64,000 nucleotides of DNA from an uncultured Arcobacter sp. (GCA_965140705.1 OZ223300.1:608001-672000); one strand, 5' to 3'. Numbered from the stretch's first letter, positions 20,275-31,556 are shown. The notes: a model not told the origin generated them from the sequence alone. Program-made: numbers and translations.

Positions 20275-21326
20275 TATTATTTCATATCTCTCATACGGAT
20301 TTAGATGGATATGGTTGCCAACTTTTAACGAAAGAGATATTTCCCCAAAGTTACTACTTAAACGCAAATTATGGACTAGAAGTAAAACAAAGTATTATTC
20401 ATTTTATAGAACATATTAGAAATGAAGAGATAAAAGAAGAAATTCTGTTTTTAATTACAGATGTTAATCTAACAAATGCTGAATCAAAATATTTAAATAA
20501 TGAAGTAATAAAATTAAATGAAGATGGTTATAAAATAAAACTTCAACTTTTGGACCATCATGTTACTGGACAAAGTTGTGCTGACAAGTATGATTGGTAC
20601 TTTTTAGATATTTCAAGATGTGCTACTAAAATTGTATATGACTATTTTGTAGAAAATTATAAGGCTTTTCAAGATGAATCACAAGCTTGGATAGAACCCC
20701 TTGTGAATTCAATAAATGCAATTGATATTTGGATAGAAGATAATAAAAAAGATTTTGAGTTTGGGAAAGTATTACTTAGTATGGTTTCTCATGTAAGAGA
20801 AATAAATAATGTTCTTTTTGCAGATAAAAATAGAGAGTTTAGAATTCATTTACTAAAAAAAGCATCTAAGTATTTAAATGAAGTTGATGGAAATATAAAA
20901 CTAGATAGTGCTATTCATAGTTTAAAAAAAGAGTTTTTAAATCTTGATGGAAAAGATGACACAATAGATAATCTTAGTGCAAAATATTTGGTAAATTCTA
21001 TTACAAGTATAAAAGATGAACTTACAATTAATTTTCAAGATAAAAAAGGTATTCTAACTTATACTTTAGGTGGTATTTCAATTCCTGCAAATGCGTTTTT
21101 AAAAGCCAACAAAGATTATGACTTTTTTATTGATGTTTCTAAAAGAGGAAATGCAAGCTTTAGAGCAGATGGAAATTTAGATGTTGGATTGCTTGCTCAA
21201 AAATTGGCTAATGGTGGTGGTCATCCTAATGCTTCTGGTTGTAAATTTGATGATTTTAAAGAAGTTATAAATTATACTGATGTTAAAAAATATATTCAAA
21301 ATAAGTTAAATAGTATTAAAATATAA
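20271..21326 (+). CDS. DHH family phosphoesterase
   Basis: SHTDLDG, LLDHH, SFRA...GGGHPNASG. Confidence 0.88.
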   Translation: MILFHISHTDLDGYGCQLLTKEIFPQSYYLNANYGLEVKQSIIHFIEHIRNEEIKEEILFLITDVNLTNAESKYLNNEVIKLNEDGYKIKLQLLDHHVTGQSCADKYDWYFLDISRCATKIVYDYFVENYKAFQDESQAWIEPLVNSINAIDIWIEDNKKDFEFGKVLLSMVSHVREINNVLFADKNREFRIHLLKKASKYLNEVDGNIKLDSAIHSLKKEFLNLDGKDDTIDNLSAKYLVNSITSIKDELTINFQDKKGILTYTLGGISIPANAFLKANKDYDFFIDVSKRGNASFRADGNLDVGLLAQKLANGGGHPNASGCKFDDFKEVINYTDVKKYIQNKLNSIKI

Positions 21327-21433
21327 GATTATTTCTATTTAAATTTAATTATTTTTTCTTGCAAAGTTAATAATATTGTCTATTTTAACACAAAATTTGA
21401 TATTATATATTAGTTATTTTTTAAGGCAAAATC

Positions 21434-22702
21434 ATGAATGATGATAAGAATTTGATTTCAGAGCAAAAATATAATATTATTTATGCTGAAGATGATGAAC
21501 AAGTTCGAGTAAACTTTCAAGAAATATTTAAAGATTTTTTTAAAGAGGTACATGTTGCAAGTGATGGTGCAGAAGCTTTAGAAATCTTTAATAAACTAAC
21601 CTTAGAAAATAAAAGAATAGATGCAATAATAAGTGATCTTAATATGCCAAATATGAATGGTGTATCCTTATTAAAAAATATAAGAGCTGTTAATGAAGAT
21701 ATTCCCTTTTATTTTACAACTGCTTACTCAGATGAAAATAACCTTTTAGAAGTAATTAAATTAAATGTTACTGCATATTTTATAAAACCAATTGATATAG
21801 CAGTAATGGTAAATAAAGTTATTAAAGATGCCCATAAATATAATCAAAATCAAATAATTGAAAAACAAAAAAAAGAGTTAGAAAGATATTTAGCTGCAAT
21901 AGATAATGTTGCTATTATTTCAAAAACTGATTTAAAAGGTAATATTACCTTTGCAAATGATTTTTTTTGTGATATATCAAAATACAAAAGAGAAGAACTC
22001 CTTGGAAAACCCCATAATATTGTAAGACATCCAGACTCATCAAAAGAGATATTTAAAAATCTTTGGGAGACAATCCAAAAAGGTGAAACCTGGAATGGGA
22101 AAATTAAAAATTTAGCAAAAGATGGTTCTGTCTATTATGTAAATAGTACTGTTATACCTCTTTTTGATGAATTGGGGACTGAAATAGTAGAGTATGTGGG
22201 AATAAGATTTTTAACTACAGAAGAGGAAAATTCAAAAAGAGAATTTAGAAAAAAAGTAATTGAAAATATGCAACAATCAAAGAAAAAAGAGATTGAGTAT
22301 TTAAATAGAATAAGAGAATTAGAACAAGAAATTAAATCAAATGTAAAACCAGATTTATCTATGTATTTAGAGCAAATGGACAATCTGAAAAGAAAAAATG
22401 GACAATTAAAAGCTCAAATAAATCAATATGATAAAGAAATAGTTGCCATAAGAAAAAAAAATGAAGAGTTAATTGATAGTGCAAATAATAAAGTTTCTAA
22501 ATCTGTTTTTGCCTTAAGAAAAATAAAATCAGAAAATGATAAACTTGTAAAAGATTTTAAAGAACTTGAAAATGAAATTGAATTAAAAAAAGATGTGATT
22601 TTGGATTTACAAAAAAGACTAGAAGATAGAAATAAACGAATTGAAGATTTACTTGATGTAATCAAATTAAGAGATAAAGAGTTAAAAGAACAAAGTAAAT
22701 GA
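21434..22702 (+). CDS. Response regulator: receiver + PAS + coiled coil
   Basis: YAEDD, SDLNMPNMNG, KP; PAS (ANDFFC...LLGKPHNIVRHPD, KNLAKDGS.Y); coiled-coil tail. Confidence 0.85.
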   Translation: MNDDKNLISEQKYNIIYAEDDEQVRVNFQEIFKDFFKEVHVASDGAEALEIFNKLTLENKRIDAIISDLNMPNMNGVSLLKNIRAVNEDIPFYFTTAYSDENNLLEVIKLNVTAYFIKPIDIAVMVNKVIKDAHKYNQNQIIEKQKKELERYLAAIDNVAIISKTDLKGNITFANDFFCDISKYKREELLGKPHNIVRHPDSSKEIFKNLWETIQKGETWNGKIKNLAKDGSVYYVNSTVIPLFDELGTEIVEYVGIRFLTTEEENSKREFRKKVIENMQQSKKKEIEYLNRIRELEQEIKSNVKPDLSMYLEQMDNLKRKNGQLKAQINQYDKEIVAIRKKNEELIDSANNKVSKSVFALRKIKSENDKLVKDFKELENEIELKKDVILDLQKRLEDRNKRIEDLLDVIKLRDKELKEQSK

Positions 22703-23865
22703 TTAAATTTGTCTTGATTTTTGTAGTGTTTTTTTTAAGTTCATGTAGTGTTTCAGATGTTCAAAATATTGCTCAAGCTGCAATGAGTAAAGATCCTTCT
22801 TATGCTTTAAAAAGTATTGCAAAATCAAAAACTATTCAATATACAACAAATCCAAAAAGATTATCAAAAGATATAGCAAGTTTAGATAACTTTTTATCAA
22901 ATTTTGTAAAAGAGATTACAAATATTTGGGGTGAAAAGAATGTCAAAATACCAAAACAAAAAGAGTATGTAAAATATTTGCAAAACTATAAAAGTAGGGC
23001 ATTGGTTGATTTTGATAAGGGAGTAGTAACTGTTGAAACAGTAGATGATAAGAACTTTGAAAAAAGTTTAAAAAATGCAATAGTAACAACTTTGTTATTA
23101 CCCGATGATCCAAGGGCAGCTGATTTATTTGAAGCAAAAAGTGTAAAACTTGGTTCTACTCCTTATTTATTAGGTGAAATTAAAGATGACCAAAATAAAG
23201 AGATAAGATATGAGTGGAGAGCAAATAGATTTGCAAATCTTTTAGTAAAAAATGATTTAAATACAAAAACGATAAAAAAAGAGGGGAAAGAGGTAAAAGT
23301 TTATTATGTGAAAATACCTATGGTAAAAGATCATGCAAATATAAGAGTAGCAAAATTCAAACCCTTTGTTGAGGAGTTTGCTCGAAAATATAATATAAGT
23401 AAAAACTTAATTTATGCGATTATACGAACAGAGAGTAATTTTAACCAATTTGCAATAAGTAGTGCCAATGCCTATGGACTTATGCAAATAGTTCCTACAA
23501 GTGCTGGAAAAGATGCTTATAGATATGCTAAAGGTAAAACTTGGGAACCTAGCAAATCATATTTATTTAATGCTCAAAATAATATTGAATTGGGAAGTGC
23601 ATATCTGAAATTATTAGGAAGTAAGTATTTATCTGGAATAGAAAATCCAATATCAAAAGAGTATTGTATTATCAGTGCATATAATACTGGAAGTGGAAAT
23701 GTTTTGAGAACTTTTTCAAAAGATAAAGATAAAGCAAAAAACAGTATTAATAGGGAGAAACCTTCTGAAGTTTACAAGATACTTATAAATAATTTGCCCT
23801 ATGAAGAAACACGGAATTATCTAAAAAAAGTTTTAAAATACAAAAAAGATTTTATAAATATTTAA
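22699..23865 (+). CDS. mltC: Membrane-bound lytic murein transglycosylase MltC-like lipoprotein
   Basis: Lipobox LSSC, AIIRTESNFN, GLMQIVP, SAYNTG, ETRNY. Confidence 0.82.
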   Translation: MIKFVLIFVVFFLSSCSVSDVQNIAQAAMSKDPSYALKSIAKSKTIQYTTNPKRLSKDIASLDNFLSNFVKEITNIWGEKNVKIPKQKEYVKYLQNYKSRALVDFDKGVVTVETVDDKNFEKSLKNAIVTTLLLPDDPRAADLFEAKSVKLGSTPYLLGEIKDDQNKEIRYEWRANRFANLLVKNDLNTKTIKKEGKEVKVYYVKIPMVKDHANIRVAKFKPFVEEFARKYNISKNLIYAIIRTESNFNQFAISSANAYGLMQIVPTSAGKDAYRYAKGKTWEPSKSYLFNAQNNIELGSAYLKLLGSKYLSGIENPISKEYCIISAYNTGSGNVLRTFSKDKDKAKNSINREKPSEVYKILINNLPYEETRNYLKKVLKYKKDFINI

Positions 23866-23992
23866 TAATTAATATGTTTCATAAAGTAACTATAGTATTA
23901 CTAATAGTTATTATAATTATTATAAATATTTTATAAGTTGTAATTAAATATCTATACTATATCATTTAAGAAATTAGTATAAGGATGTTGTT

Positions 23993-26122
23993 ATGATTGG
24001 AAGAAAGATATTTGGAAATTTAAGTGTTTTCAAAAAATTATTATCAATAGGAATATTGACATTTTTTGCAATTGCTTCATTAAGTGCTTATTTTATAGTT
24101 AACCAAAAAAATGTAATGTTAATAGAGAAAAAAACAAAATTGACTAATCTTGTAGAGATGGCATATAGTCTAGTTGACAATGAGTATAATCAATTTAAAG
24201 ATGGGAAGATTGATGAAAAGACTGCAAAAGAAACTGCAAAGAAGTTAGTAAAAACATTAAGATTTGATGAAACAAATTATGTTTTTATAAATAATGATTC
24301 AGAAGAAACACCAAAAATTATAATGCATCCAATAGATGAGTCATTAGTTAATGCTACACTTGATGATAAAAAATTTGATAATGCTTTTAGTATGGAGTAT
24401 GGAGATACAGTTGAAAAACTTGATAATATGAATATGTTTAAAGCTTTTGTAAAAGTTGCAAATGAACATGGAAATGGTTATGTAAAATATACTTGGACAA
24501 AAGGTTCTTCTAATGAACTTGTACCTAAATTATCTTATTTAAAGAAATTTGATCAATGGGGTTGGGTTATAGGAACAGGAATTTATATTGATGATATAAC
24601 TGCAGACTTTTATAACAATATAATAAAAGCTGTTGGAATTATTTTGGTTATTTTATTGATCTTATTTACTGCTTTCTCTATGGTAAGTAAAGATATTGTT
24701 TTAAAAGTAAGACTATTAAACGAAAATATTGAAAACTTTTTTGCCTTTTTAAACAGAGAAAAAGATGAGATAAACTTTACCGATATTACTTGTAAAGATG
24801 AGTTTGGTCATATGTCTAGAATTGTAAGTAGAAATATTGAAAAAACTAAAATTGGAATTGAAGAAGATCGAAAATTAATTGATGAGACCATATTAGTATT
24901 AGGTGAGTTTGAGCAAGGTGATTTATGTCAAAGACTAAGTTCAAATGTTAAAAATCCAGCACTTTCACAATTGAAAAATGTATTAAATAGTATGGCACAA
25001 AATCTTGAAAATAATATTGATAAAGTTCTTAATGTACTTGAAGAGTATACTCATTACAATTATTTAAATAAAGTAAGTACAAATGATATTAAAAAAGATT
25101 TATTAAAACTTGCTAATGGAGTAAATGATTTAGGAAGTTCAATTACAAATATTTTATCTGAAAATAAAGTAAATGGATTAACTTTAGATAATGGTTCGGA
25201 TATATTATTAGCTAATATGAATAAATTAAATTTGAGTTCTAACGAAGCAGCAGCTTCATTAGAAGAAACAGCTGCTGCATTGGAAGAGGTAACAGGTAAT
25301 GTAAGAAGTAATACAGATAATATTGCAAAAATGGCTCAATTATCAACTGATGTTACAAAATCAGTAAATGAAGGTGAAGAGTTAGCAAATAAAACTACTA
25401 TTGCAATGGAAGAGATTAATACGCAAGTTACTTCAATACATGAAGCAATAACAGTAATTGATCAAATTGCTTTTCAAACAAATATCTTATCACTTAATGC
25501 AGCAGTAGAAGCAGCAACTGCAGGAGAAGCTGGAAAAGGATTTGCAGTAGTTGCGGGGGAAGTTCGAAATCTAGCAACAAGAAGTGCAGAGGCTGCAAAA
25601 GAGATAAAAAATATAGTTGAAAGAGCAACGAGTAAAGCAAATGAGGGTAAAGATATTGCTACAAATATGATTAATGGTTATGAAAACCTTAATGAAAATA
25701 TTACCCATACAATCAATTTAATAGCTGATATAGAAATGGCAAGTAAAGAACAATTAGATGGAGTAGAACAAATAAATGCTGCTATTAATAATCTAGATAG
25801 ACAAACACAAGAGAATGCTTCAATAGCATCAGAGACAAATAATATTGCTATGGCTACCCATGAAATTTCTAAATTAATTGTAAGTAATGCAAATGCAAAA
25901 GAGTTCGCTGGCAAAGATACTCTAAAAGGAAAAGATATAAATAGTATCTTATTAAACAAAAGTGCATCAAAAGAGAAAAAAGTTGATACTCAAAAAAAAT
26001 CAGTAAGCCCATCAAATAGTAAAAGTGAAGAAAAAACAGAAAAAGCTGAAAAGAAAGAATCAACACCAAGTAAAATTATAACTCCTGATAAATCAAATGA
26101 TGATGAATGGGAGAGTTTTTAA
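23993..26122 (+). CDS. Methyl-accepting chemotaxis protein with Cache sensor domain
   Basis: [44 protein letters not shown]-terminal DDEWESF. Confidence 0.95.
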   Translation: MIGRKIFGNLSVFKKLLSIGILTFFAIASLSAYFIVNQKNVMLIEKKTKLTNLVEMAYSLVDNEYNQFKDGKIDEKTAKETAKKLVKTLRFDETNYVFINNDSEETPKIIMHPIDESLVNATLDDKKFDNAFSMEYGDTVEKLDNMNMFKAFVKVANEHGNGYVKYTWTKGSSNELVPKLSYLKKFDQWGWVIGTGIYIDDITADFYNNIIKAVGIILVILLILFTAFSMVSKDIVLKVRLLNENIENFFAFLNREKDEINFTDITCKDEFGHMSRIVSRNIEKTKIGIEEDRKLIDETILVLGEFEQGDLCQRLSSNVKNPALSQLKNVLNSMAQNLENNIDKVLNVLEEYTHYNYLNKVSTNDIKKDLLKLANGVNDLGSSITNILSENKVNGLTLDNGSDILLANMNKLNLSSNEAAASLEETAAALEEVTGNVRSNTDNIAKMAQLSTDVTKSVNEGEELANKTTIAMEEINTQVTSIHEAITVIDQIAFQTNILSLNAAVEAATAGEAGKGFAVVAGEVRNLATRSAEAAKEIKNIVERATSKANEGKDIATNMINGYENLNENITHTINLIADIEMASKEQLDGVEQINAAINNLDRQTQENASIASETNNIAMATHEISKLIVSNANAKEFAGKDTLKGKDINSILLNKSASKEKKVDTQKKSVSPSNSKSEEKTEKAEKKESTPSKIITPDKSNDDEWESF

Positions 26123-26150
26123 GAGGTTTGAGTTTTACTCAAACCTCTTA
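26120..26150 (+). terminator. Intrinsic terminator after the MCP gene
   Basis: taagaggtttgag-tttta-ctcaaacctctta, T-run shortly after. Confidence 0.8.
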
Positions 26151-26161
26151 GACTCTTTTTT

Positions 26162-26203
26162 TTTATATTTATATATCAATATATCTTGATATATAAATAT
26201 AAA
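26162..26203. promoter_or_regulatory. Putative ArsR operator: perfect 18-bp inverted repeat with 6-bp spacer
   Basis: tttatatttatatatcaa-tatatc-ttgatatataaatataaa just upstream of arsR. Confidence 0.78.
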
Positions 26204-26236
26204 TCTGATACAATTACAAAAAAGGAAAGGAATAAC

Positions 26237-26545
26237 TTGGAATATTTTTTAAATACAATAGGTTCAATAAATGATGAAACACGAATTAAGATTTTAAGAT
26301 TTATAGATATAAATGGCGAAGTTTGTGTATGTGATATAGAAAATTCATTTGATATGATTCAATCAAGAGTATCACGACATTTAAAAATTTTAAAAGATGG
26401 TGGCTTTTTAAATTTAAGAAGAGAAGGGCGATGGGCATATTATAGTATTAGAACTCCAATGGATGTTTTTAGACAATCAATCATAAAAGAGATAAGTTAT
26501 TTAGAATTGGATATTCCAAAGTTAATAAAAGGGTGTGAGGTATGA
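26237..26545 (+). CDS. arsR: ArsR/SmtB family repressor (TTG start after AAGGA RBS)
   Basis: EVCVCDI metal site, QSRVSRHLKILK HTH; the ORF-track start at 26186 lies inside the operator. Confidence 0.9.
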   Translation: MEYFLNTIGSINDETRIKILRFIDINGEVCVCDIENSFDMIQSRVSRHLKILKDGGFLNLRREGRWAYYSIRTPMDVFRQSIIKEISYLELDIPKLIKGCEV

Positions 26546-27795
26546 TTTTAGCAATCTCTATTTTCCTTTTAACTTTGATATTTGTAATTTGGCAGCCCCG
26601 TGGGTTGCAAATAGGAACAACAGCAGTAATTGGTGCAATAGTTGCTTTACTTTTCCAAGTTGTTAGTTTAAATGATGTATTAGTTGTCACAGGTATTGTT
26701 TGGGATGCAACTTTAGCTTTTATAGGAATCATTATTTTATCTATGGTCTTAGATGAGATAGGCTTTTTTGAGTGGTGTGCAATCAAAATGGCAAAACTTT
26801 CAAAGGGAAATGGACACTTGATGTTTGTTTATGCTTTAGTTCTTGGCTCTTTTGTATCAGCACTTTTTGCAAATGATGGAGCAGCACTTATTTTAACTCC
26901 TATTTTATTAGCAAAGATGAGAATTCTAAAACTAAATACAAAAACAATTTTAGCCTTTTTATTAGCTGGTGGTTTTATAAGTGATAGTGCTTCTTTACCT
27001 TTTGTTTTCTCAAATCTTACAAATATAGTAACAGCAAATTATTTTCATATAGGATTTATGCAATATCTATCAAATATGTTTATTCCTTATATAGTAAGTA
27101 CAATTGTATCTATTGTTGTTTTATGGTTAGTTTTACGAAATGATATTCCAAAAGAGATAGATACTAGTTTGCTTAAAAATCCTGATGAAGTATTAAAAAA
27201 TAAAACCCTATTTAAATTCTCTTGGTTTTTTCTAGCTTTACTTTTAATAGGTTATTTTGTGGGCGATAGCTTTAATCTACCAATTTCACTTTTTGCTTTA
27301 GGTGGAGGCTTATTGTTTTTAGCAATTGCAAGTTATGCCAAATCTGCAAAGGCTTGGCTTACAATTAAAACTGCACCTTGGCAAGTAGTTTGGTTTAGTA
27401 TAGGTTTATATATAGTTGTTTATGGATTAAAAAATGCTGGACTTACTGATTATTTAACTTTAGTTTTAAAAGACTTAAGTACAAGAGGAGATTTTGTTGC
27501 GGTTATGGGTACAGGATTTATAAGTGCTTTTTTAAGTGCTATTATGAACAATATGCCAACAGTAATGATTATGGATATATCTTTACATGACATAGGAAAT
27601 CAAACATTAGCATATGCAAATATTATAGGATGTAATCTTGGACCAAAAATGACGCCATTTGGTTCACTAGCAACTCTGCTTTGGCTTCATGTTTTAAGTC
27701 AAAAAGGAGTCAAAATTGGATTTTGGCAATATAGTAAATTTGGATTAATAGTTACACCACCAGTACTATTTATAGTTTTATTAACATTAATATAA
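26542..27795 (+). CDS. arsB: Arsenite efflux pump ArsB
   Basis: IWQPRGL, FANDGAALILTP, NNMPTV, LGPKMTPFGSLATLLWLHVL. Confidence 0.93.
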   Translation: MILAISIFLLTLIFVIWQPRGLQIGTTAVIGAIVALLFQVVSLNDVLVVTGIVWDATLAFIGIIILSMVLDEIGFFEWCAIKMAKLSKGNGHLMFVYALVLGSFVSALFANDGAALILTPILLAKMRILKLNTKTILAFLLAGGFISDSASLPFVFSNLTNIVTANYFHIGFMQYLSNMFIPYIVSTIVSIVVLWLVLRNDIPKEIDTSLLKNPDEVLKNKTLFKFSWFFLALLLIGYFVGDSFNLPISLFALGGGLLFLAIASYAKSAKAWLTIKTAPWQVVWFSIGLYIVVYGLKNAGLTDYLTLVLKDLSTRGDFVAVMGTGFISAFLSAIMNNMPTVMIMDISLHDIGNQTLAYANIIGCNLGPKMTPFGSLATLLWLHVLSQKGVKIGFWQYSKFGLIVTPPVLFIVLLTLI

Positions 27796-27806
27796 AAAGG
27801 AAAAAT

Positions 27807-28205
27807 ATGAAAAAAGTTTTGATTTTGTGTACAGGAAATTCTTGTAGAAGTATTATTGCAGAGGCTTTGATTAATGCTAAACTTGATGGAATAAGTGCAG
27901 ATAGTTCTGGTGTAAAAGCTAGTGGAAAAGTTAATGTAAATGCAAAAAGACTATTAGAAGAAAAGGGAATTTGGAAAGATGAGTATCATTCAAAAACTTT
28001 AGATACAGTTATTGATAATGAGTATGATTTGATAGTTACTGTTTGTGATCATGCAAATGAAACTTGTCCTATGTTTCCAAAACCTATTAAAAAAATACAT
28101 GTGGGTTTTGAAGATCCAGATGGAAAAGGTTTTGAAGCTTTTGAAAGTACTTTTAAAGAAATAGATGAGGTTTTATTACCTAAGATTATTGAGGCCTTGA
28201 AATAG
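27807..28205 (+). CDS. arsC: Arsenate reductase (LMW-PTP fold, thioredoxin type)
   Basis: CTGNSCRS, TVCD.A.ETCP, FEDP. Confidence 0.92.
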   Translation: MKKVLILCTGNSCRSIIAEALINAKLDGISADSSGVKASGKVNVNAKRLLEEKGIWKDEYHSKTLDTVIDNEYDLIVTVCDHANETCPMFPKPIKKIHVGFEDPDGKGFEAFESTFKEIDEVLLPKIIEALK

Positions 28206-29165
28206 ATGTTTTATTATTGGGAAAAATTAGTTGATTTTTTTGTCTATTCATTATTGGGCTTGGACAAAAATGAGCATTTAACGAATTCTTTACATTTTTT
28301 TATATTTGACACTATTAAAATATTTATTTTATTGGTAGTAATTATATTTGTAGTTTCATATTTAAGAACTTGGTTTAATGTTGAAAAAGTAAGAGCTTAT
28401 TTACAAGGTAAATCAGAATTTACTGGGAATATTTTGGCAAGTCTTTTTGGAATAATTACTCCCTTTTGTTCATGTAGTGCTATTCCTTTGTTTTTAGGAT
28501 TTATCCAAGCTAGAATACCTCTTGGTGTTACTTTTTCTTTCTTAATCTCAGCCCCACTAAATAATGAAGTTGCAATTGCTATGTTATTTGGCTTATTTGG
28601 TTGGAAAATAACTGCCATATATATTGGTTTTGGTTTAATTGTTGCCATAGTTGGAGGTTTTATTATAGGAAAACTTAACATGGAAAAATACATTTTACTT
28701 GATGTAAAGCCCATGGAAGGCTGTTGTGAAAATCCAACTATAAGTTTTGAAGCAAAAGAGAGAGTAAAAGAGGCTTGGGATTATACTGTTGATATATTTA
28801 AAAAAATATATCTTTATGTGATAATTGGTGTAGGAATAGGAGCTTTTATTCATGGATATATTCCAACTGATTTTATTGCAAAATATACAGGTGGAGATGC
28901 TTGGTATACTGTACCATTGGCAGTAGTTTTGGGAATCCCAATGTATTCAAGTGCAGCTGGAGTTATGCCCTTGGTTGAAGTTCTAACCTCAAAAGGTATG
29001 CTTTTGGGAAGTGCTTTAGCTTTTATGATGGCAGTTACTTCTTTGTCCTTGCCAGAAGCTATGATTTTAAAAAGAGTTTTACACACTAAATTGATATTGC
29101 TTTTTTTTAGTATTGTCGGATTTGGAATAGTTTTAGTTGGGTATGTTTTTAATTTCATAGTTTAA
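28206..29165 (+). CDS. arsP: ArsP-family permease (organoarsenical efflux)
   Basis: TPFCSCSAIP, GIPMYS, ALAFMMAVTSLSLPE; in the ars operon. Confidence 0.85.
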   Translation: MFYYWEKLVDFFVYSLLGLDKNEHLTNSLHFFIFDTIKIFILLVVIIFVVSYLRTWFNVEKVRAYLQGKSEFTGNILASLFGIITPFCSCSAIPLFLGFIQARIPLGVTFSFLISAPLNNEVAIAMLFGLFGWKITAIYIGFGLIVAIVGGFIIGKLNMEKYILLDVKPMEGCCENPTISFEAKERVKEAWDYTVDIFKKIYLYVIIGVGIGAFIHGYIPTDFIAKYTGGDAWYTVPLAVVLGIPMYSSAAGVMPLVEVLTSKGMLLGSALAFMMAVTSLSLPEAMILKRVLHTKLILLFFSIVGFGIVLVGYVFNFIV

Positions 29166-29225
29166 AAAATAAATGGTATTTTAAATAACTTGTATCTATT
29201 AAGGGAAGTATAAAAATATTATTGA

Positions 29226-29263
29226 TAAGATTTAATTCGAACAAATGTTCGGATTAAATCTTA
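29226..29263. promoter_or_regulatory. 18-bp inverted repeat (one mismatch) with core CGAACAAATGTTCG upstream of the aldo/keto reductase
   Basis: taagatttaattcgaaca-aa-tgttcggattaaatctta. Confidence 0.7.
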
Positions 29264-29300
29264 AAATATAACTACTTTTTTAAATATATAAAGGATAAAT

Positions 29301-30320
29301 ATGGAATATCGTTATATAGGAACAACAGGGCTTAGAGTTACACCAATTTGTTTAGGAACTATGACTTTTGGAAAGATGTCAACTAAAGAAGAGAGCTTTA
29401 AAATTATGGATAAAGCTTATAATGCAGGGATTAACTTTTTTGACAATGCGGAAATGTATCCTGTACCTCCAACTTTAGACTCAGCAGGAAGATCAGAAGA
29501 GATAATGGGTGAATGGATGAAAGATAAACCAAGAGAATCCATTATTGTTGCAACTAAAGTTGCAGGGGCAGCAAATGGAAGATTTGCTCCTCCTGTGAGA
29601 CACAGACTTACAGCTTTAGATAGATTTCATATTGAAAGAGGGGTTGAAAGTAGTTTAAGAAGGTTAAAAACTGATTATATTGACCTTTATCAAATACATT
29701 GGCCAGATACAGTTATTCCAATAGAAGAGACTTTAGAAGCTTTAGATAGATTAGTTCAAAGTGGAAAAGTAAGATACATAGGAACTAGTAATGATACAGC
29801 TTATGGATTAACAAAAGCAAATGAAATAAGTAAATATAAAAACCTTGCAAGATTTCAATCTATTCAAAATAATTTTTCATTAAATAATCCAAGGTTTTTT
29901 GATGAATTAGCACAAATTTGTAGAAAAGAAAAAATTTCACTCTTACCATTTTCTCCACTTGCTGGTGGAGTTTTAACAGGGAAATATAATGATGGAACCT
30001 TACCAAAAGGGTCAAGATTTGATGAGTACAAAGCTTTAAATCTTCCAAGACTTGACGCTATGAGAAATAGATTTATAAGCGATAAAACTTTGAGTGCAAC
30101 AGCTAAATATATGCAACTTGCACAAGATAATGGAATGAGTGTTACAACTTTAGCTGCTGCTTGGAGTAAGCATTGGGATTTTGTAGCTAGTACAATAATT
30201 GGAGCTAGAACAGCTCAACAATTAGATGAAAGTTTTAAAGCATTAGATATTGAATTAAGTGATGAAATAATAGAAGCATGTAAAAAAGTACAAGAAGAAA
30301 TTTTGTATCCTATGGGATAG
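29301..30320 (+). CDS. Aldo/keto reductase (Tas-like)
   Basis: CLGTMTFG, FDNAEMYP, SLRRLKTDYIDLYQIHWP, SPLAGG.LTGKY. Confidence 0.92.
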   Translation: MEYRYIGTTGLRVTPICLGTMTFGKMSTKEESFKIMDKAYNAGINFFDNAEMYPVPPTLDSAGRSEEIMGEWMKDKPRESIIVATKVAGAANGRFAPPVRHRLTALDRFHIERGVESSLRRLKTDYIDLYQIHWPDTVIPIEETLEALDRLVQSGKVRYIGTSNDTAYGLTKANEISKYKNLARFQSIQNNFSLNNPRFFDELAQICRKEKISLLPFSPLAGGVLTGKYNDGTLPKGSRFDEYKALNLPRLDAMRNRFISDKTLSATAKYMQLAQDNGMSVTTLAAAWSKHWDFVASTIIGARTAQQLDESFKALDIELSDEIIEACKKVQEEILYPMG

Positions 30321-30407
30321 ATTTCTTGAAAAAAGTAGTAATGAATTTAATTTTATACATCCTTATTTGGAATTGTAATTTAATATATTGTAAATAAGGA
30401 ATGTGAG

Positions 30408-31556
30408 ATGATAGATAGAATAAATAAAAAATATTTACTTGTTTTATTGGCAATTCTATCTGCTATTTCACCTATTTCAATTTCAACATATTTACCTTCT
30501 ATGCCAAGTATGGCAGAATATTTTAAAGTTAATATTTCAGATATTGAATTTAGTCTATCAATATTTATGTTAGGATTTTCTCTTGGACAATTATTTGGTG
30601 GACCTTTTTCTGATAGAAAAGGTAGAAAAATTAGTTCATTAACAGGTTTGTTTGGTTTTGCCTTTTTTAGTTTTCTTATAGTTTTTAGTACAACGGTATA
30701 TGAATTATGGATTTATAGATTTTTAGAATCTTTTTTTGGTGGTTTTATTGCAGTTAATGCAACAGCAATAGTTCGAGATTTATTTTCAGGTAAAGAAGCA
30801 GCTAGATTTTTTTCTCTTTTAGGGAGTGTTAGGAGTATTGTTCCCTTACTTGCTCCTGCTATTGGTTCATTCATTTTATTTTTTTCTTCATGGAAATCAA
30901 TTTTTATATTTTTAACAATATATTCGCTTATTCTTGCATTTCTAATTATAAAAGATATTGAAGAGACATACACATATACAAAAAGAAATATAATTAATTC
31001 CTATAAAATTGTACTAAGTCATAAAAAGGCAATGACTATGATGTTGGTATTGGCATTAGGTTTTTCTAGTATGTTTTCAATTATTACAAAGTCTTCTTTT
31101 ATTTATATGCAATACTTTAAAGTATCTTCAAATACTTTTCCAATTTATTATGGACTAAATTTTGTTTTACTTGGTATTTGTGCCTCTTTTAATGTAAAAT
31201 TTATTCAATATTTTTCACAAGAAAAGATTTTAAGATTTGCAATTATTATGCAAATTATACTTAGTACTATTTTTTCATTATTCTACCTTGAGTTGAATCT
31301 TATTTCTTCAGTTATTTTGATAGGTTTTTATATTGCAATGAATGGATTGATTTATGGAAATGCAACTGCTTTAGTACTTGAAAATTTTCCTGAAAATGCT
31401 GGTGTGGCTTCAGCATTAATTGGAGTTATTCAGTTTGGTTTAGCTTCAATAATATCTTCAATTATTGTCTCTTTTCATGGACATACATTATTATCTGTGG
31501 GAATAGGAATGATGATTATATCTATAAGTTCTTTCATAATTTTAAGAAAATACTAA
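30408..31556 (+). CDS. Bcr/CflA family MFS efflux transporter
   Basis: TYLPSMP, GQLFGGPFSDRKGRK, AIVRD, AGVASAL.G..QFG. Confidence 0.88.
   Translation: MIDRINKKYLLVLLAILSAISPISISTYLPSMPSMAEYFKVNISDIEFSLSIFMLGFSLGQLFGGPFSDRKGRKISSLTGLFGFAFFSFLIVFSTTVYELWIYRFLESFFGGFIAVNATAIVRDLFSGKEAARFFSLLGSVRSIVPLLAPAIGSFILFFSSWKSIFIFLTIYSLILAFLIIKDIEETYTYTKRNIINSYKIVLSHKKAMTMMLVLALGFSSMFSIITKSSFIYMQYFKVSSNTFPIYYGLNFVLLGICASFNVKFIQYFSQEKILRFAIIMQIILSTIFSLFYLELNLISSVILIGFYIAMNGLIYGNATALVLENFPENAGVASALIGVIQFGLASIISSIIVSFHGHTLLSVGIGMMIISISSFIILRKY

Noticed and set aside
25950..26122. Low-complexity Lys/Glu/Ser tail of the MCP ending in DDEWESF
   Set aside because: Explained by the known flexible linker plus CheR/CheB-binding pentapeptide of chemoreceptors.
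26186..26236. ORF-track start for arsR
   Set aside because: It lies within the operator palindrome with no RBS; the TTG at 26237 has an AAGGA RBS.
29238..29251. CGAACAAATGTTCG matches the Gram-positive LexA (Cheo) box
   Set aside because: All copies precede catabolic, transport or regulator genes, not DNA-repair genes, and the host is not a Firmicute; a local regulator is more likely.
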